Assembly (NCBI GenBank): GCA_965215265.1
Contig: OZ244048.1
Span: forward strand, 2,432,001-2,496,000
Length of the DNA: 64,000 nt
Source of the DNA: Candidatus Poribacteria bacterium
GTDB lineage: Bacteria > Poribacteria > WGA-4E > WGA-3G
Reading direction: 5' to 3'
Positions 39,192-48,363 of this stretch are shown here, piece after piece (position 1 is the stretch's first letter; each line of letters opens with the position of its first letter). A model generated the notes under the pieces. That model did not search any database. It saw nothing but the letters and a program-made list of their open reading frames with translations, and was not told the origin of the DNA. The translations under genes were made by a program, and so were the position numbers.

Positions 39192-40307
39192 CTACCTCAA
39201 CTTCACCGTGCTGAGTGCAATCAGCACTAAAATTAACCCTATGATCCAGAACCTGATAACCACTTTGGATTCCTTCCATCCCGATAACAGAAAATGGTAG
39301 TGGAGGGGCGACATTTTGAAAACGCGTTTGCCAAAGGTGCGAAACGACCAGACCTGGATAATCACAGACAGTGCCTCTGCTACAAAGATTGCGCCAACAA
39401 TCACGAGCAGAAATTCCTGTTTTATGAGGAGTGCCACTGTCCCAAGTGTAGCACCGAGGACAAGCGAACCTGTATCGCCCATAAAGACTTGGGCGGGATG
39501 CGAGTTATACCATAAGAAGCCGAGCCCTGCCCCCACTAGCGCGGCACAAAAGATTGTCGCCACCTCACCGGCAATTGGGAAATGAAAAATGTTTAGATAA
39601 TTCGCAATCTGATGATGGCTCGTCATATAGCCGAGTACACCCAAGGTCCCTGCCACAAATATTGTGCACCCAATTGCTAAGCCGTCCATTCCATCTGTAA
39701 GATTTACGGCATTTGAGGTGCCGACGATGACCAGCGTCGCGAACGGAATAAACAGAATACCGAGTTCGGGTTGCACTGTTTTGAAAAAAGGGAGACTCAA
39801 CGAGGTGCGCGTTGCAACATCGCCGGTCACTATTGGGCCCGCCTGGTAAAGGTAGCTAGCGATAGCTAATGCACCGACTGTCTGGAGCCCTATCTTGTGC
39901 CAACCGCGGAGGCCTAAGGACTGTTGTTTGACTAATTTACTATAATCATCAAGGAAGCCGAGCCCCCCGAACCAGAGGATGGTTAAAATCATTAGATAGA
40001 AGAACGGCTGATCTAGCCGGCTCCAAAACACTATAGATACCAAAATGGAGACAATGATGAGGATGCCCCCCATTGTGGGCGTGCCTGCTTTGCTATCCCA
40101 CTCTTCCGATTTGGATTTCGGCCCCTCTTCGATGAGATGTTCGCCGATCCGCAGCTGCTTCAGCCGTGCTATCATGAACGGCCCTAAAACTAATGAGATG
40201 ACGAGTGCGGTTGCTGTTGCATAAATTGCCCGAAAACTGATATAGCGAAAGATATTGAATGGTGAAAACGTGTCAACCAAACTTTCAAAAAAGAGATGAT
40301 AAAACAT
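39192..40307 (-). CDS. mraY: Phospho-N-acetylmuramoyl-pentapeptide transferase
   Basis: KAGTPTMGG, GFLDD, NAVNLTDGMDGL, FMGDTGS. Confidence 0.95.
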   Translation of the reverse strand: MFYHLFFESLVDTFSPFNIFRYISFRAIYATATALVISLVLGPFMIARLKQLRIGEHLIEEGPKSKSEEWDSKAGTPTMGGILIIVSILVSIVFWSRLDQPFFYLMILTILWFGGLGFLDDYSKLVKQQSLGLRGWHKIGLQTVGALAIASYLYQAGPIVTGDVATRTSLSLPFFKTVQPELGILFIPFATLVIVGTSNAVNLTDGMDGLAIGCTIFVAGTLGVLGYMTSHHQIANYLNIFHFPIAGEVATIFCAALVGAGLGFLWYNSHPAQVFMGDTGSLVLGATLGTVALLIKQEFLLVIVGAIFVAEALSVIIQVWSFRTFGKRVFKMSPLHYHFLLSGWKESKVVIRFWIIGLILVLIALSTVKLR

Positions 40308-40378
40308 TTTATATGTCGCTTTCAAGTCCCGATTTAGCATCTAAAATTTCTTTAGACGCGTTCGGTCGGTTACTGGTT

Positions 40379-41662
40379 TTACAACTTTCCTTCGCCTTTC
40401 TTCAATTTAGTGAGCCTTGCCCCGGCATGGCTGAGCAAGTTTGTTGGATAAGAATATGTTAAGCTGTTTTTCTCCTGATGCACTGCGAACGCTAAATCAA
40501 TGAGTTTGGAGACGAGTTGCGGGAATTCGACACCGTCGTGTTCCCAAAGATAAAAACTGAATGAACCGGGAAGCGTGTTAATTTCATTGACGTAAACCTG
40601 CCCCGATTCATCCATTAAGAAATCGATTCGTGCAACCCCGGTGCAGTCCAACGCTTGAAAACTTTGCAACGCGAGCTCCTGAATATGTAACGTCAATTCT
40701 TCAGAAATGGGTGCAGGAATTTTCCGTGTCGCACCTGCCATACCGGACGGAGCGGGCGATGCACTACTACTATCCTTGCTTTGGGCTCCTGTTTCGACTG
40801 GATGGCTCGCTTCCACTGTATTATCTGAGGGCATCCCTTCATTTTCATGGAGGTATTTATCCTCAAAGGTTAGAAATGCCGCTTCTGTCATCGGTTGTTC
40901 ACAAACCGAAGGGGTCAATTGGTGTGTTCCCATCACGGCGCAGTTAATTTCAGCTGGCTTTTTGACGGCTTGTTCTACCAGGATTCTGCGGCAATACTGC
41001 CCGGCGAGCTGGACAGCGGAGAGGAGTTCTGTGTTATTTGTTGCTCGACTGACGCCGATACTAGAGCCACTGAGAGCAGGTTTGACAAAAACCGGGTACC
41101 CCAGGGTGGTTTTGAGCTGCTTAAGAATGTTCGGTCTAAACTTGTCCCATTGGTACATTGTCCACGACAGATAGGGGACAATAGGAATCTGATTCTCCGT
41201 GAGAACAGCCTTCATCATGATTTTATCCATGCCGACAGCGGAGCCGACAACCCCGGCACCGACATAAGGCAGATTCATTAGTTCTAGGAGTCCTTGAAGC
41301 GTCCCATCTTCACCGTGTGAGCCGTGTATCGCCGGAAATACGACATCAACAGATAGTGTTATCGGTTTTGCGCGTCGGAACCACTTTGTCTTTTGTTTTG
41401 GAAGGACGGTGAACTTTGGTACTGTGCCGAATTCAACAGTGACAGTTTCAAAATCGGAAGCGTGTGGCAGCTGACCGTCTGTGAAGGTGCTCAGTTCGCG
41501 CAGTTTCTCTCCGGTTAGCCACTCGCCACTCTTTGTGACGTAAATCGGAATCACGTTATGCGTCTCTTCCAAAGCAGCACAGACCTGCTGCGCTGTTATG
41601 ATAGATACTTCGTGTTCTGGCGAACGTCCGCCAAAAACAACGGCTACATTATGTCGTTGCAT
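40379..41662 (-). CDS. ddl: D-alanine--D-alanine ligase
   Basis: FGGRSPEHEVS, HGSHGEDG, GSSIG, EINTLPG; RBS AGGAAGG. Confidence 0.92.
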   Translation of the reverse strand: MQRHNVAVVFGGRSPEHEVSIITAQQVCAALEETHNVIPIYVTKSGEWLTGEKLRELSTFTDGQLPHASDFETVTVEFGTVPKFTVLPKQKTKWFRRAKPITLSVDVVFPAIHGSHGEDGTLQGLLELMNLPYVGAGVVGSAVGMDKIMMKAVLTENQIPIVPYLSWTMYQWDKFRPNILKQLKTTLGYPVFVKPALSGSSIGVSRATNNTELLSAVQLAGQYCRRILVEQAVKKPAEINCAVMGTHQLTPSVCEQPMTEAAFLTFEDKYLHENEGMPSDNTVEASHPVETGAQSKDSSSASPAPSGMAGATRKIPAPISEELTLHIQELALQSFQALDCTGVARIDFLMDESGQVYVNEINTLPGSFSFYLWEHDGVEFPQLVSKLIDLAFAVHQEKNSLTYSYPTNLLSHAGARLTKLKKGEGKL

Positions 41663-41791
41663 TGTCCTGCTAACCTTCCTTTCGGTAGCGTTATTGGTTT
41701 GCACACGCAATCTAGACAGATGTCCCATCTGCAGGCTCCAAGAGATGATTGATGCGCGCTCAGGCAAAGGCGTTGAGAGCAAGTCCGAAAC

Positions 41792-43420
41792 CTACTCGTT
41801 GTATGTATCGGGCAAATCATTCTCAAAAAGGACTATATCCCCGGGCTTCAGCAGCTTTTTCAAATATTGTGTGACTTCAGTTAAGTTAAGCGCAATAATG
41901 AGTTGTTCCCGGGGGTAATTAGCACTGTTCAATCCGTCTACAATCGGGGCAGTTCTTGCGGGTCCGACTAAAATAACCAGGTCACACACTTCGGCTGCTT
42001 GTATCCCGAAACGTCTGTTGGAAGCGTATTCCTTCTCGCCGAGTTCTACCATGCCGGGTGTCACCAAAACCTTTTTGCTATGTGCGTTTTCCCTGCTCTG
42101 GGCTATATCGTTAAGGACTTCCAGTGCGGCTTTTGCGCCAACCGGATTGGCATTGAAACTATCGTCAATAATGGTTACGCCGCCTGCGCCGGCTGTCAAT
42201 TGCAAGCGGTGGGGAACGGGTTCCAAATTTGCCACAGCGGCAGACATCTCATCTAACGTCATCCCGCATTCGGCTGCGACAGTCATCGCCGCGAGGATGT
42301 TGGAGACGTTATGTCTGCCTAAAAGTGGGGTTCGGATTTCAACGTTCTGACTGCGATTGTGGACAGTAAATGCCAGCCCCTTATCGGTTTGTTGAATGTT
42401 CGTTGCAGTCAGCGTATTTGTAGTTTGAGTAGCTATTGGATTGATGCCGTACCGGAGTACCTTTCTGTTTTCAGTGGTGTCTGCGAGTTTTGCGCAGATG
42501 TCGTTGTCGCAGTTGAAGACAGCAATTCCATCCGGTGGGAGCGATTCAATGAGCTCATATTTAGCTTTAGTGATATTTTCAACGTTTTTAAATCGCTCCA
42601 GATGCTGTAGTCCGACAGCGGTGAGTATACCGACTTCAGGCCTTACCAGCTTGCATAATTCTTTGATGTCGCCGCGCCGGTAAGCCCCCATTTCAACGAT
42701 AAATATCTCGTGTTCTTCATTCAATGTGCCACGGATGACTTTGCAGATGCCCATCGGTGTGTTGTAGCTATCCGGTGTCATCAAAGTGTTAAATTTTTGC
42801 GACAGAATCTGTTGTAAAATCGCTTTGGTACTCGTTTTGCCGTAGCTCCCGGTAATCCCGATGACTTTCGGGCGCAATGTTTTTATCCGTCTTTTGGCGG
42901 AAAGGAGGTATCCCGAATTGATGGTGCGTTCCAGTGGATAGATAAGCAGGTTGGCGATTGTTAAATTAATCGCCGCTACTTCACTGAAAAGAAAGAGCCC
43001 GACCCGCCACGGATGCGTCTTAGCAACAAGGACAAGGACTACAGAGAGTCCTACAAGTAAACAGAGCGAAAAGCCTAGCAACCGTTTTGCTCGCGCTGTG
43101 TAAACGAGCGGTTTCTTTGTCTCTACCTTTTTCTTTTCGAAAAGAAGATAAACCTGCAAGGTCCCCCATGCGATGCACAGGGGTGCAAAGAACCATGTCT
43201 GCTGATATTGTGGGTATATAAATGTGATACCGAGTAGGCAGCTGATGGCGAGAATCTCTTTGATGTCGAAGCAGTTTTTCAAATGTGCGCCCATCCACTT
43301 CAAGTAACGCCTTGTTTTATAACCATCCAATTGAAGGATATGGAGTCCACCGTTTGTTCGGACGATTGCGCGAAGCAGACAGGTAGCGATTACGAGATAA
43401 AACAGTGTATTATATATCAT
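41792..43420 (-). CDS. murF: MurF ligase with an N-terminal multi-TM extension
   Basis: ~170-aa hydrophobic N-terminus (LQLDGYK, PLVYTARAKR); GITGSYGKTS, EMGA, DDSFNANP, ENDLPD. Confidence 0.88.
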   Translation of the reverse strand: MIYNTLFYLVIATCLLRAIVRTNGGLHILQLDGYKTRRYLKWMGAHLKNCFDIKEILAISCLLGITFIYPQYQQTWFFAPLCIAWGTLQVYLLFEKKKVETKKPLVYTARAKRLLGFSLCLLVGLSVVLVLVAKTHPWRVGLFLFSEVAAINLTIANLLIYPLERTINSGYLLSAKRRIKTLRPKVIGITGSYGKTSTKAILQQILSQKFNTLMTPDSYNTPMGICKVIRGTLNEEHEIFIVEMGAYRRGDIKELCKLVRPEVGILTAVGLQHLERFKNVENITKAKYELIESLPPDGIAVFNCDNDICAKLADTTENRKVLRYGINPIATQTTNTLTATNIQQTDKGLAFTVHNRSQNVEIRTPLLGRHNVSNILAAMTVAAECGMTLDEMSAAVANLEPVPHRLQLTAGAGGVTIIDDSFNANPVGAKAALEVLNDIAQSRENAHSKKVLVTPGMVELGEKEYASNRRFGIQAAEVCDLVILVGPARTAPIVDGLNSANYPREQLIIALNLTEVTQYLKKLLKPGDIVLFENDLPDTYNE

Positions 43421-43433
43421 CTTTTTGTATAGA

Positions 43434-43491
43434 GTTGCGAGATAGGTATTCTTTTTCTGTCCATGAGAAAAGATAACCTTTTACTCGTAAC
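43434..43491. repeat. Short family B cassette upstream of murF
   Basis: GTTGCGAGATAGGTATTCTTTTTCTGTCCATGAGA...CTCGTAAC matches 1943-1999 and the reverse complement of 36320-36350. Confidence 0.7.
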
Positions 43492-43571
43492 CCACTGGGA
43501 ATTGGAAAGGCTCGCGAATCAAGATAGCATGCCTAGATGGCATTCGCCGGGCTGAAACACAAGCACCGATT

Positions 43572-44456
43572 TCACCGTTGGTTCAAGTTGCTCTGATGGG
43601 AACCGACCTCTTCACGCATAGAAGAGGCTGAGTTGATTTGAGATGATAGGCGTTGCGGCTTCTCCTCCTGAATTCCTAGGAAACTCGCCAAAATCCTGCA
43701 AAATTGCGGGAATCTATCGAGGTATGAGAAGTGCCCTGCGCCCTTTAGGACAACGAGTCCGGCATCCGGTATTTCCTTTTCCATGATTTTTCCGTAAGAG
43801 ACAGGCGTATCTGTATCAGCCTCACCCCAGATTAGCAGTGTGGGTGCGCCTATCTGTGCGAGTAGCGGCCGCAAGTCTTCGTTGACGACCTTTACAAGCG
43901 TTCCGCGCATCGGACCTGCGTTCTTATAATCTGTGGAGCCCATGCGCTGTGACACTCTGTTTGCGATGTGTGCGCCGTATTTCCCGCATCGTCCGACCAG
44001 CCGTCCAATCTTTGCGATGCTAACCCGTAGATAATATCGTGCTGTCCGCGGTGGTTTTATGCCTGCACTATCTACAAGGATGAGTTTATCGACCTTTTCA
44101 GGGCGTTTCGCCCCGATGATAATTGAAATTCGTCCGCCAAAAGAGTGTCCGATGACGTGTGCTTTTGAGATGTTAAGTTTCTCAAAAAAATCGGTGACAC
44201 AGCGTGCGTAATCGCTGGTGCCCCAGGCTGTAGGCGGTGTCTCACTGTTCCCGAATCCCGGCAGATCGAGTACGTAGACTTTATGGGATGCTGCCAGCCA
44301 TTCGAAAAGGGGTTTAAAGCTAGCGGCTTCGGCACCCCATCCGTGCAGCAGTACGACCGCCTTACCTTCGCCGGCGACTTGATAGGCGATTTTGAGATTA
44401 TTAATTTCTATTTTTTCGTATCTGTTCTGAAACCTGTCGGCGTGTTGCGCGGGCAA
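43572..44456 (-). CDS. Alpha/beta-fold hydrolase
   Basis: LLHGWG, DLPGFG, GHSFGG nucleophile elbow, WGEAD, GAGH. Confidence 0.9.
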   Translation of the reverse strand: MPAQHADRFQNRYEKIEINNLKIAYQVAGEGKAVVLLHGWGAEAASFKPLFEWLAASHKVYVLDLPGFGNSETPPTAWGTSDYARCVTDFFEKLNISKAHVIGHSFGGRISIIIGAKRPEKVDKLILVDSAGIKPPRTARYYLRVSIAKIGRLVGRCGKYGAHIANRVSQRMGSTDYKNAGPMRGTLVKVVNEDLRPLLAQIGAPTLLIWGEADTDTPVSYGKIMEKEIPDAGLVVLKGAGHFSYLDRFPQFCRILASFLGIQEEKPQRLSSQINSASSMREEVGSHQSNLNQR

Positions 44457-44469
44457 GACAAGCCTCCAT

Positions 44470-45951
44470 TTATCCGGCTGTTTTTTGGTTTTGTGTTAAG
44501 GCTTCGGCTGCCACCTGCCTATCGTCAAAGGGGTATCTTTTGCCGTGGATTTCTTGATAATCCTCGTGCCCCTTTCCGGCAATGACGACAACATCTCCGG
44601 GCTGCGCGATAGAAATTGCGTGCTGGATTGCCTCCCGTCTCTGCGAAATAGACACATAGTCGGTATCATGTGGTAAATTTAACACAATCTGTGCGATAAT
44701 ACCGTCCGGATCTTCGGTGCGCGGATTGTCCGATGTCACCACAGTATAGTCTGAGAGTCGTGCCGAAATTTCGCCCATCTGTGGCCGTTTTCCGGCATCT
44801 CTATCTCCTCCACAGCCGAAAACAGAGATAAGTCTGTTTTCAGTCATGCCTCGTGCTGCCGTTAGGACATTTTCCAAGCCATTTGGGGTATGTGCATAAT
44901 CGACGATAACGGCGAACTGCTGCCCGCTATCAACTAACTCAAACCGTCCTGGTACGACGGTTGTAGAGAGCCCTTCTTGAATTGCGTGGATAGGGCACTC
45001 GTACCGAAGTGCGACGCCGATCGCTGCCATAGCGTTATACAGGTTATATTCACCCAACAATCGGATCTGGGCAGGAAATTCGCCATCTGGGGTAACGGCC
45101 GTAAAAGTTAATCGGTTGCGAGAAAGTTTCACTGCTTTCACGCCAATTTCGGTGTCCTCGTGTCGCTGCCGGCCGTATTTCAATATCTGGCGTGTGCCGA
45201 CAACGGAGGCGATATGTGCTGATACCGGTGCGTCGTTGTTGAGAATCGCAGCGCCTTCGTCAGTGAGCTGCGCAAATAGCATTAATTTCGCTTTTAGGTA
45301 TTCCTCCATCGTTCCGTGGTAATCGAGATGGTCTTGCGTTAGATTCGTGAACACAGCGGTATCAAACGTAAGGCCGGCTAACCGCTGCTGGGCAAGTCCT
45401 TGCGAGGATGTCTCCATCACTACATATACTATGCCGGCATCAACAAATTGTTTGAAGAGTGCGTGTAGTGCAAACGCATCAGGTGTTGTGAGAGCTGCCG
45501 GCAGAAATGCGGTTTCGTACTGGTGTCCAACTGTTCCGAGGAGTGCTGCTTTTCGGTGATTCGCGGTTAGAATTGCGTGGATGAGATGTGCGGTTGAGGT
45601 TTTCCCATTCGTGCCGGTAATCCCGATGAGTTTCAGTCGTTCTGCCGGATTTCCGTGCCAATTTGCGGCGAGCAACGCATTCGCGTACCGTCCATTCGGC
45701 GTTTGCAAGTAGGTAACAGCGGCTTTGTCTAATTCAGAGGGCGGTTTTTTCTCGCCGATAACTGCTGTTGCTCCGTTTTCAACGGCTGCATGGATATACT
45801 GATGTCCATCAACCGTAATACCCGGGTAGCAGATAAAAAGGTTACCGGGCGTAACCTTTCGGCTATCGGTGGTGATGCCGGTAATCTGTCGGTTGAGAGT
45901 GCCCGTAATTGCGATAATGTCAACCCTGTGCAGAAGATTTTGTAGTTGCAT
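44470..45951 (-). CDS. murE: MurE, meso-DAP-type
   Basis: GITGTNGKTS, VDYAHTP, GCGGDRD, DNPR, GKGHE. Confidence 0.95.
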   Translation of the reverse strand: MQLQNLLHRVDIIAITGTLNRQITGITTDSRKVTPGNLFICYPGITVDGHQYIHAAVENGATAVIGEKKPPSELDKAAVTYLQTPNGRYANALLAANWHGNPAERLKLIGITGTNGKTSTAHLIHAILTANHRKAALLGTVGHQYETAFLPAALTTPDAFALHALFKQFVDAGIVYVVMETSSQGLAQQRLAGLTFDTAVFTNLTQDHLDYHGTMEEYLKAKLMLFAQLTDEGAAILNNDAPVSAHIASVVGTRQILKYGRQRHEDTEIGVKAVKLSRNRLTFTAVTPDGEFPAQIRLLGEYNLYNAMAAIGVALRYECPIHAIQEGLSTTVVPGRFELVDSGQQFAVIVDYAHTPNGLENVLTAARGMTENRLISVFGCGGDRDAGKRPQMGEISARLSDYTVVTSDNPRTEDPDGIIAQIVLNLPHDTDYVSISQRREAIQHAISIAQPGDVVVIAGKGHEDYQEIHGKRYPFDDRQVAAEALTQNQKTAG

Positions 45952-45988
45952 CAGTTTTCTCTGGGATAGGCAACGAATTGCCGTTCCG

Positions 45989-47881
45989 TTACAGGCCTCC
46001 TTCTTTCACAGTGTAGTCAGTCGCCGGGATGTGTTCAGGTGGCGGGGTTCGGTTTTCTTTCTCTGTCCTCGAGGACAGAGAGGAAAGGGGATTCCTCCGC
46101 GCTTGCGGGGAGAACTTCCCTTCCCTTTTCCTCGCCATCTCCGAGACGAAGAATTCGGTTTGCTTGAAGTATTGCATTGCCTGTTCAGCAATGTTTTTGA
46201 AAAGGGGTGCGGCAATTTGGCCACTAAACCGTGCCCCCTTCGGTTCATCAAGCATCACGAGAATGGAAATCTGCGGGTTCTCAGCGGGCAAGAATCCCAT
46301 AAACGACATGGTCTCCTTGCCGTTTACATAGCCGATGCCTTTTTCAGCCTTTTGCGCGGTGCCTGTTTTTCCTGCGACGCGATAGCCTTCGACCTGTCCG
46401 CGCCTGCCGCTGCCGTTTTCAACAACGCCAACCAGTATTTCTCTCATCTGTCTTGCGACTTCCGGTCGCAGCACTCGCCGTACCTCAATCGGGTATATCC
46501 TTTTGAGTACATGCCCTTGGTTGTCAAGAATTTCTTTTGTGATATAGGGCCGGAGCAGCTTGCCCCCGGTTGCAATAACATTCAAGGCATTTACCATCTG
46601 GAGGGGTGTGACAAGGATACCTTGCCCAAATGGTACTGCGCCAAGTGAATTGACATTCCATCGTTTCACCATGCTGAGCTCTCCGCTGTGCTCATAAGGC
46701 AGATCAATCCCGGTGCTTCTGCCAAACCCATACTTTTCGATATATTCCATGAAAATTTCAGGTCCAATTTTTTGAACGATTTTAATCATGCCGATATTGC
46801 TTGATTTGTGGAGCACTTCCGCCAAAGTTAACCAGCCTTTTGGGGAAACATCTTTGATAACGCGCTGCCTACTAATGCGAAACCGTCCGTTCTCACAGAA
46901 GACAGATGTCGCAGGAGTCATCTCTGCTTCATTGAGCGCAGCAGAGGCACCGACAATTTTAAAAATAGACCCGGGTTCATACGCGTACCAGACAGCGAGG
47001 TTCCGTTTTGCTGCCTCATTCGTGTCTGCATAAGCGTTGGGGGTGAATGTGGGATAGCTCGCCATCGCTAAGACCTCTGCTGTTTGAGAAGCCAAGACGA
47101 CGGCTGTCCCTCTGGGCGCATTCCACTTTTGACAGGCTGCGGCCAATTCCTTCTCTGCAATATACTGAATGTACTCGTCAAGTGTGAGGACGACGTTATA
47201 GCCAACATCCTTCCAAGCATCATCCGCGTTTAAGAGTGTATTGACATATCCAGCTTGCGTTGGATGCACGCTGGTATCTGTGGGATATGGTGAGTGTAAT
47301 TGGAGTTTCCCACCTGTTATCCCCAGCAGCACGTCGTTGTATTCGTATTCAATGCCCTCTCCTATATTTTCGGTGTTGACATGTCCAATCACGTGGGATG
47401 CTAACTGCCCTTTGGGATATGACCTTTTTTGCTCTATTGAGTAAGTTATGCCGTGAAATTTTTTCTTCAATGCGCGAATTTCAGAGAGCAATTGGTAGTC
47501 AACGCCGCGTTTCAAAGACACAAAACGCTTGTTCTTGCGCTTGAGCTGTGCGAGCAGTTGCGTCGCTGGCATGTCTAAAATGGGAGCGAGCTGGTTCGCC
47601 ACTACCGCCGGGTCAGTTTTCAGGTATGCCGGGTCTGCTGAGACGTTGAGCGTGCGCCGACTCAAGCCTAAGATGGTCTGCTGCCGGTCAAGAATTTTCC
47701 CACGTTTTACCTCGGATACCTTTCGAGAAAGTGCCTTGGCACGGGGCCTGCTTCTGTCTGAGGCATCGCCGGTTACCTGCAACGTCAAGAGTTTGCCAAT
47801 GAGTATCAGAAAGCATACCTGAAGTCCAATCAGTACGACAACAAGGCGTGGTATAGATAGAAGTCTTTTTTTATTTTTCAT
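45989..47881 (-). CDS. ftsI: Class B penicillin-binding protein FtsI
   Basis: KRGKILDR, EPGSIFK (SxxK), SSN, KTGTAQ. Confidence 0.92.
   Translation of the reverse strand: MKNKKRLLSIPRLVVVLIGLQVCFLILIGKLLTLQVTGDASDRSRPRAKALSRKVSEVKRGKILDRQQTILGLSRRTLNVSADPAYLKTDPAVVANQLAPILDMPATQLLAQLKRKNKRFVSLKRGVDYQLLSEIRALKKKFHGITYSIEQKRSYPKGQLASHVIGHVNTENIGEGIEYEYNDVLLGITGGKLQLHSPYPTDTSVHPTQAGYVNTLLNADDAWKDVGYNVVLTLDEYIQYIAEKELAAACQKWNAPRGTAVVLASQTAEVLAMASYPTFTPNAYADTNEAAKRNLAVWYAYEPGSIFKIVGASAALNEAEMTPATSVFCENGRFRISRQRVIKDVSPKGWLTLAEVLHKSSNIGMIKIVQKIGPEIFMEYIEKYGFGRSTGIDLPYEHSGELSMVKRWNVNSLGAVPFGQGILVTPLQMVNALNVIATGGKLLRPYITKEILDNQGHVLKRIYPIEVRRVLRPEVARQMREILVGVVENGSGRRGQVEGYRVAGKTGTAQKAEKGIGYVNGKETMSFMGFLPAENPQISILVMLDEPKGARFSGQIAAPLFKNIAEQAMQYFKQTEFFVSEMARKREGKFSPQARRNPLSSLSSRTEKENRTPPPEHIPATDYTVKEGGL
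46039..46138. repeat. Family B element inside the ftsI coding 3' end
   Basis: Reverse complement of 36252-36350; encodes MARKREGKFSPQARRNPLSSLSSRTEKENRTPP. Confidence 0.85.
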
Positions 47882-48194
47882 AAATTCTGTATGCCCCTTC
47901 CGTGGGTTCAACCAGTCCCAATTCTGCTGCGATGTGCCGGATCCGTTCAACGGAGGTTAATGCAGCCTCCTCCAATTCAAGTTGATGAATTTCATCTTGA
48001 ATGTAGTGTTGCTGTCTCTGATAGGCAGGTTTCCTTTGCAATGCGACATTCTTTGCGTACGATGAGAACCAGACACTGGCGAGAAAGATGCAGAAGGATA
48101 ACCCGAAAACGATATAGACGTACGGAAAGTGTTTTTTCGGTGCGGTTTCCGCTGTTTTGGCTTTGCGGGTTGTATATTGGTGTGAGTTCCGCAT
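47871..48194 (-). CDS. ftsL: Cell division protein FtsL-like
   Basis: TM plus coiled coil, ERIRHIAAELGL; lies between rsmH and ftsI. Confidence 0.75.
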   Translation of the reverse strand: MRNSHQYTTRKAKTAETAPKKHFPYVYIVFGLSFCIFLASVWFSSYAKNVALQRKPAYQRQQHYIQDEIHQLELEEAALTSVERIRHIAAELGLVEPTEGAYRIYEK

Positions 48195-48363
48195 AGTTTG
48201 TCCTGGCTAACGCAGTACATCTTCTACCTAATAATAAATTGCCTGCTGACACGTCTGCGCTTTTTGTTATTCTAAATTCTAAACGTTAAATGTGGTAATT
48301 AAGATACACTTTTTTATCAAAGAACGTGCGAGGCTCCGCTTGTTAAAACAGATAAGTATCTGT

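Noticed and set aside
40379-41662. VanA-like D-Ala-D-Lac ligase
   Set aside because: The omega-loop Tyr is retained and no vanH/vanX/vanRS genes are nearby
43490-43515. CCACTGGGA...GGAAAGG resembling a cobalamin riboswitch B12 box
   Set aside because: Other conserved elements are absent and the orientation is opposite to the operon
45869-46648. 259-aa plus-strand ORF and similar shadow ORFs across dcw, nrdJ and WD40
   Set aside because: Antisense shadows of well-supported genes
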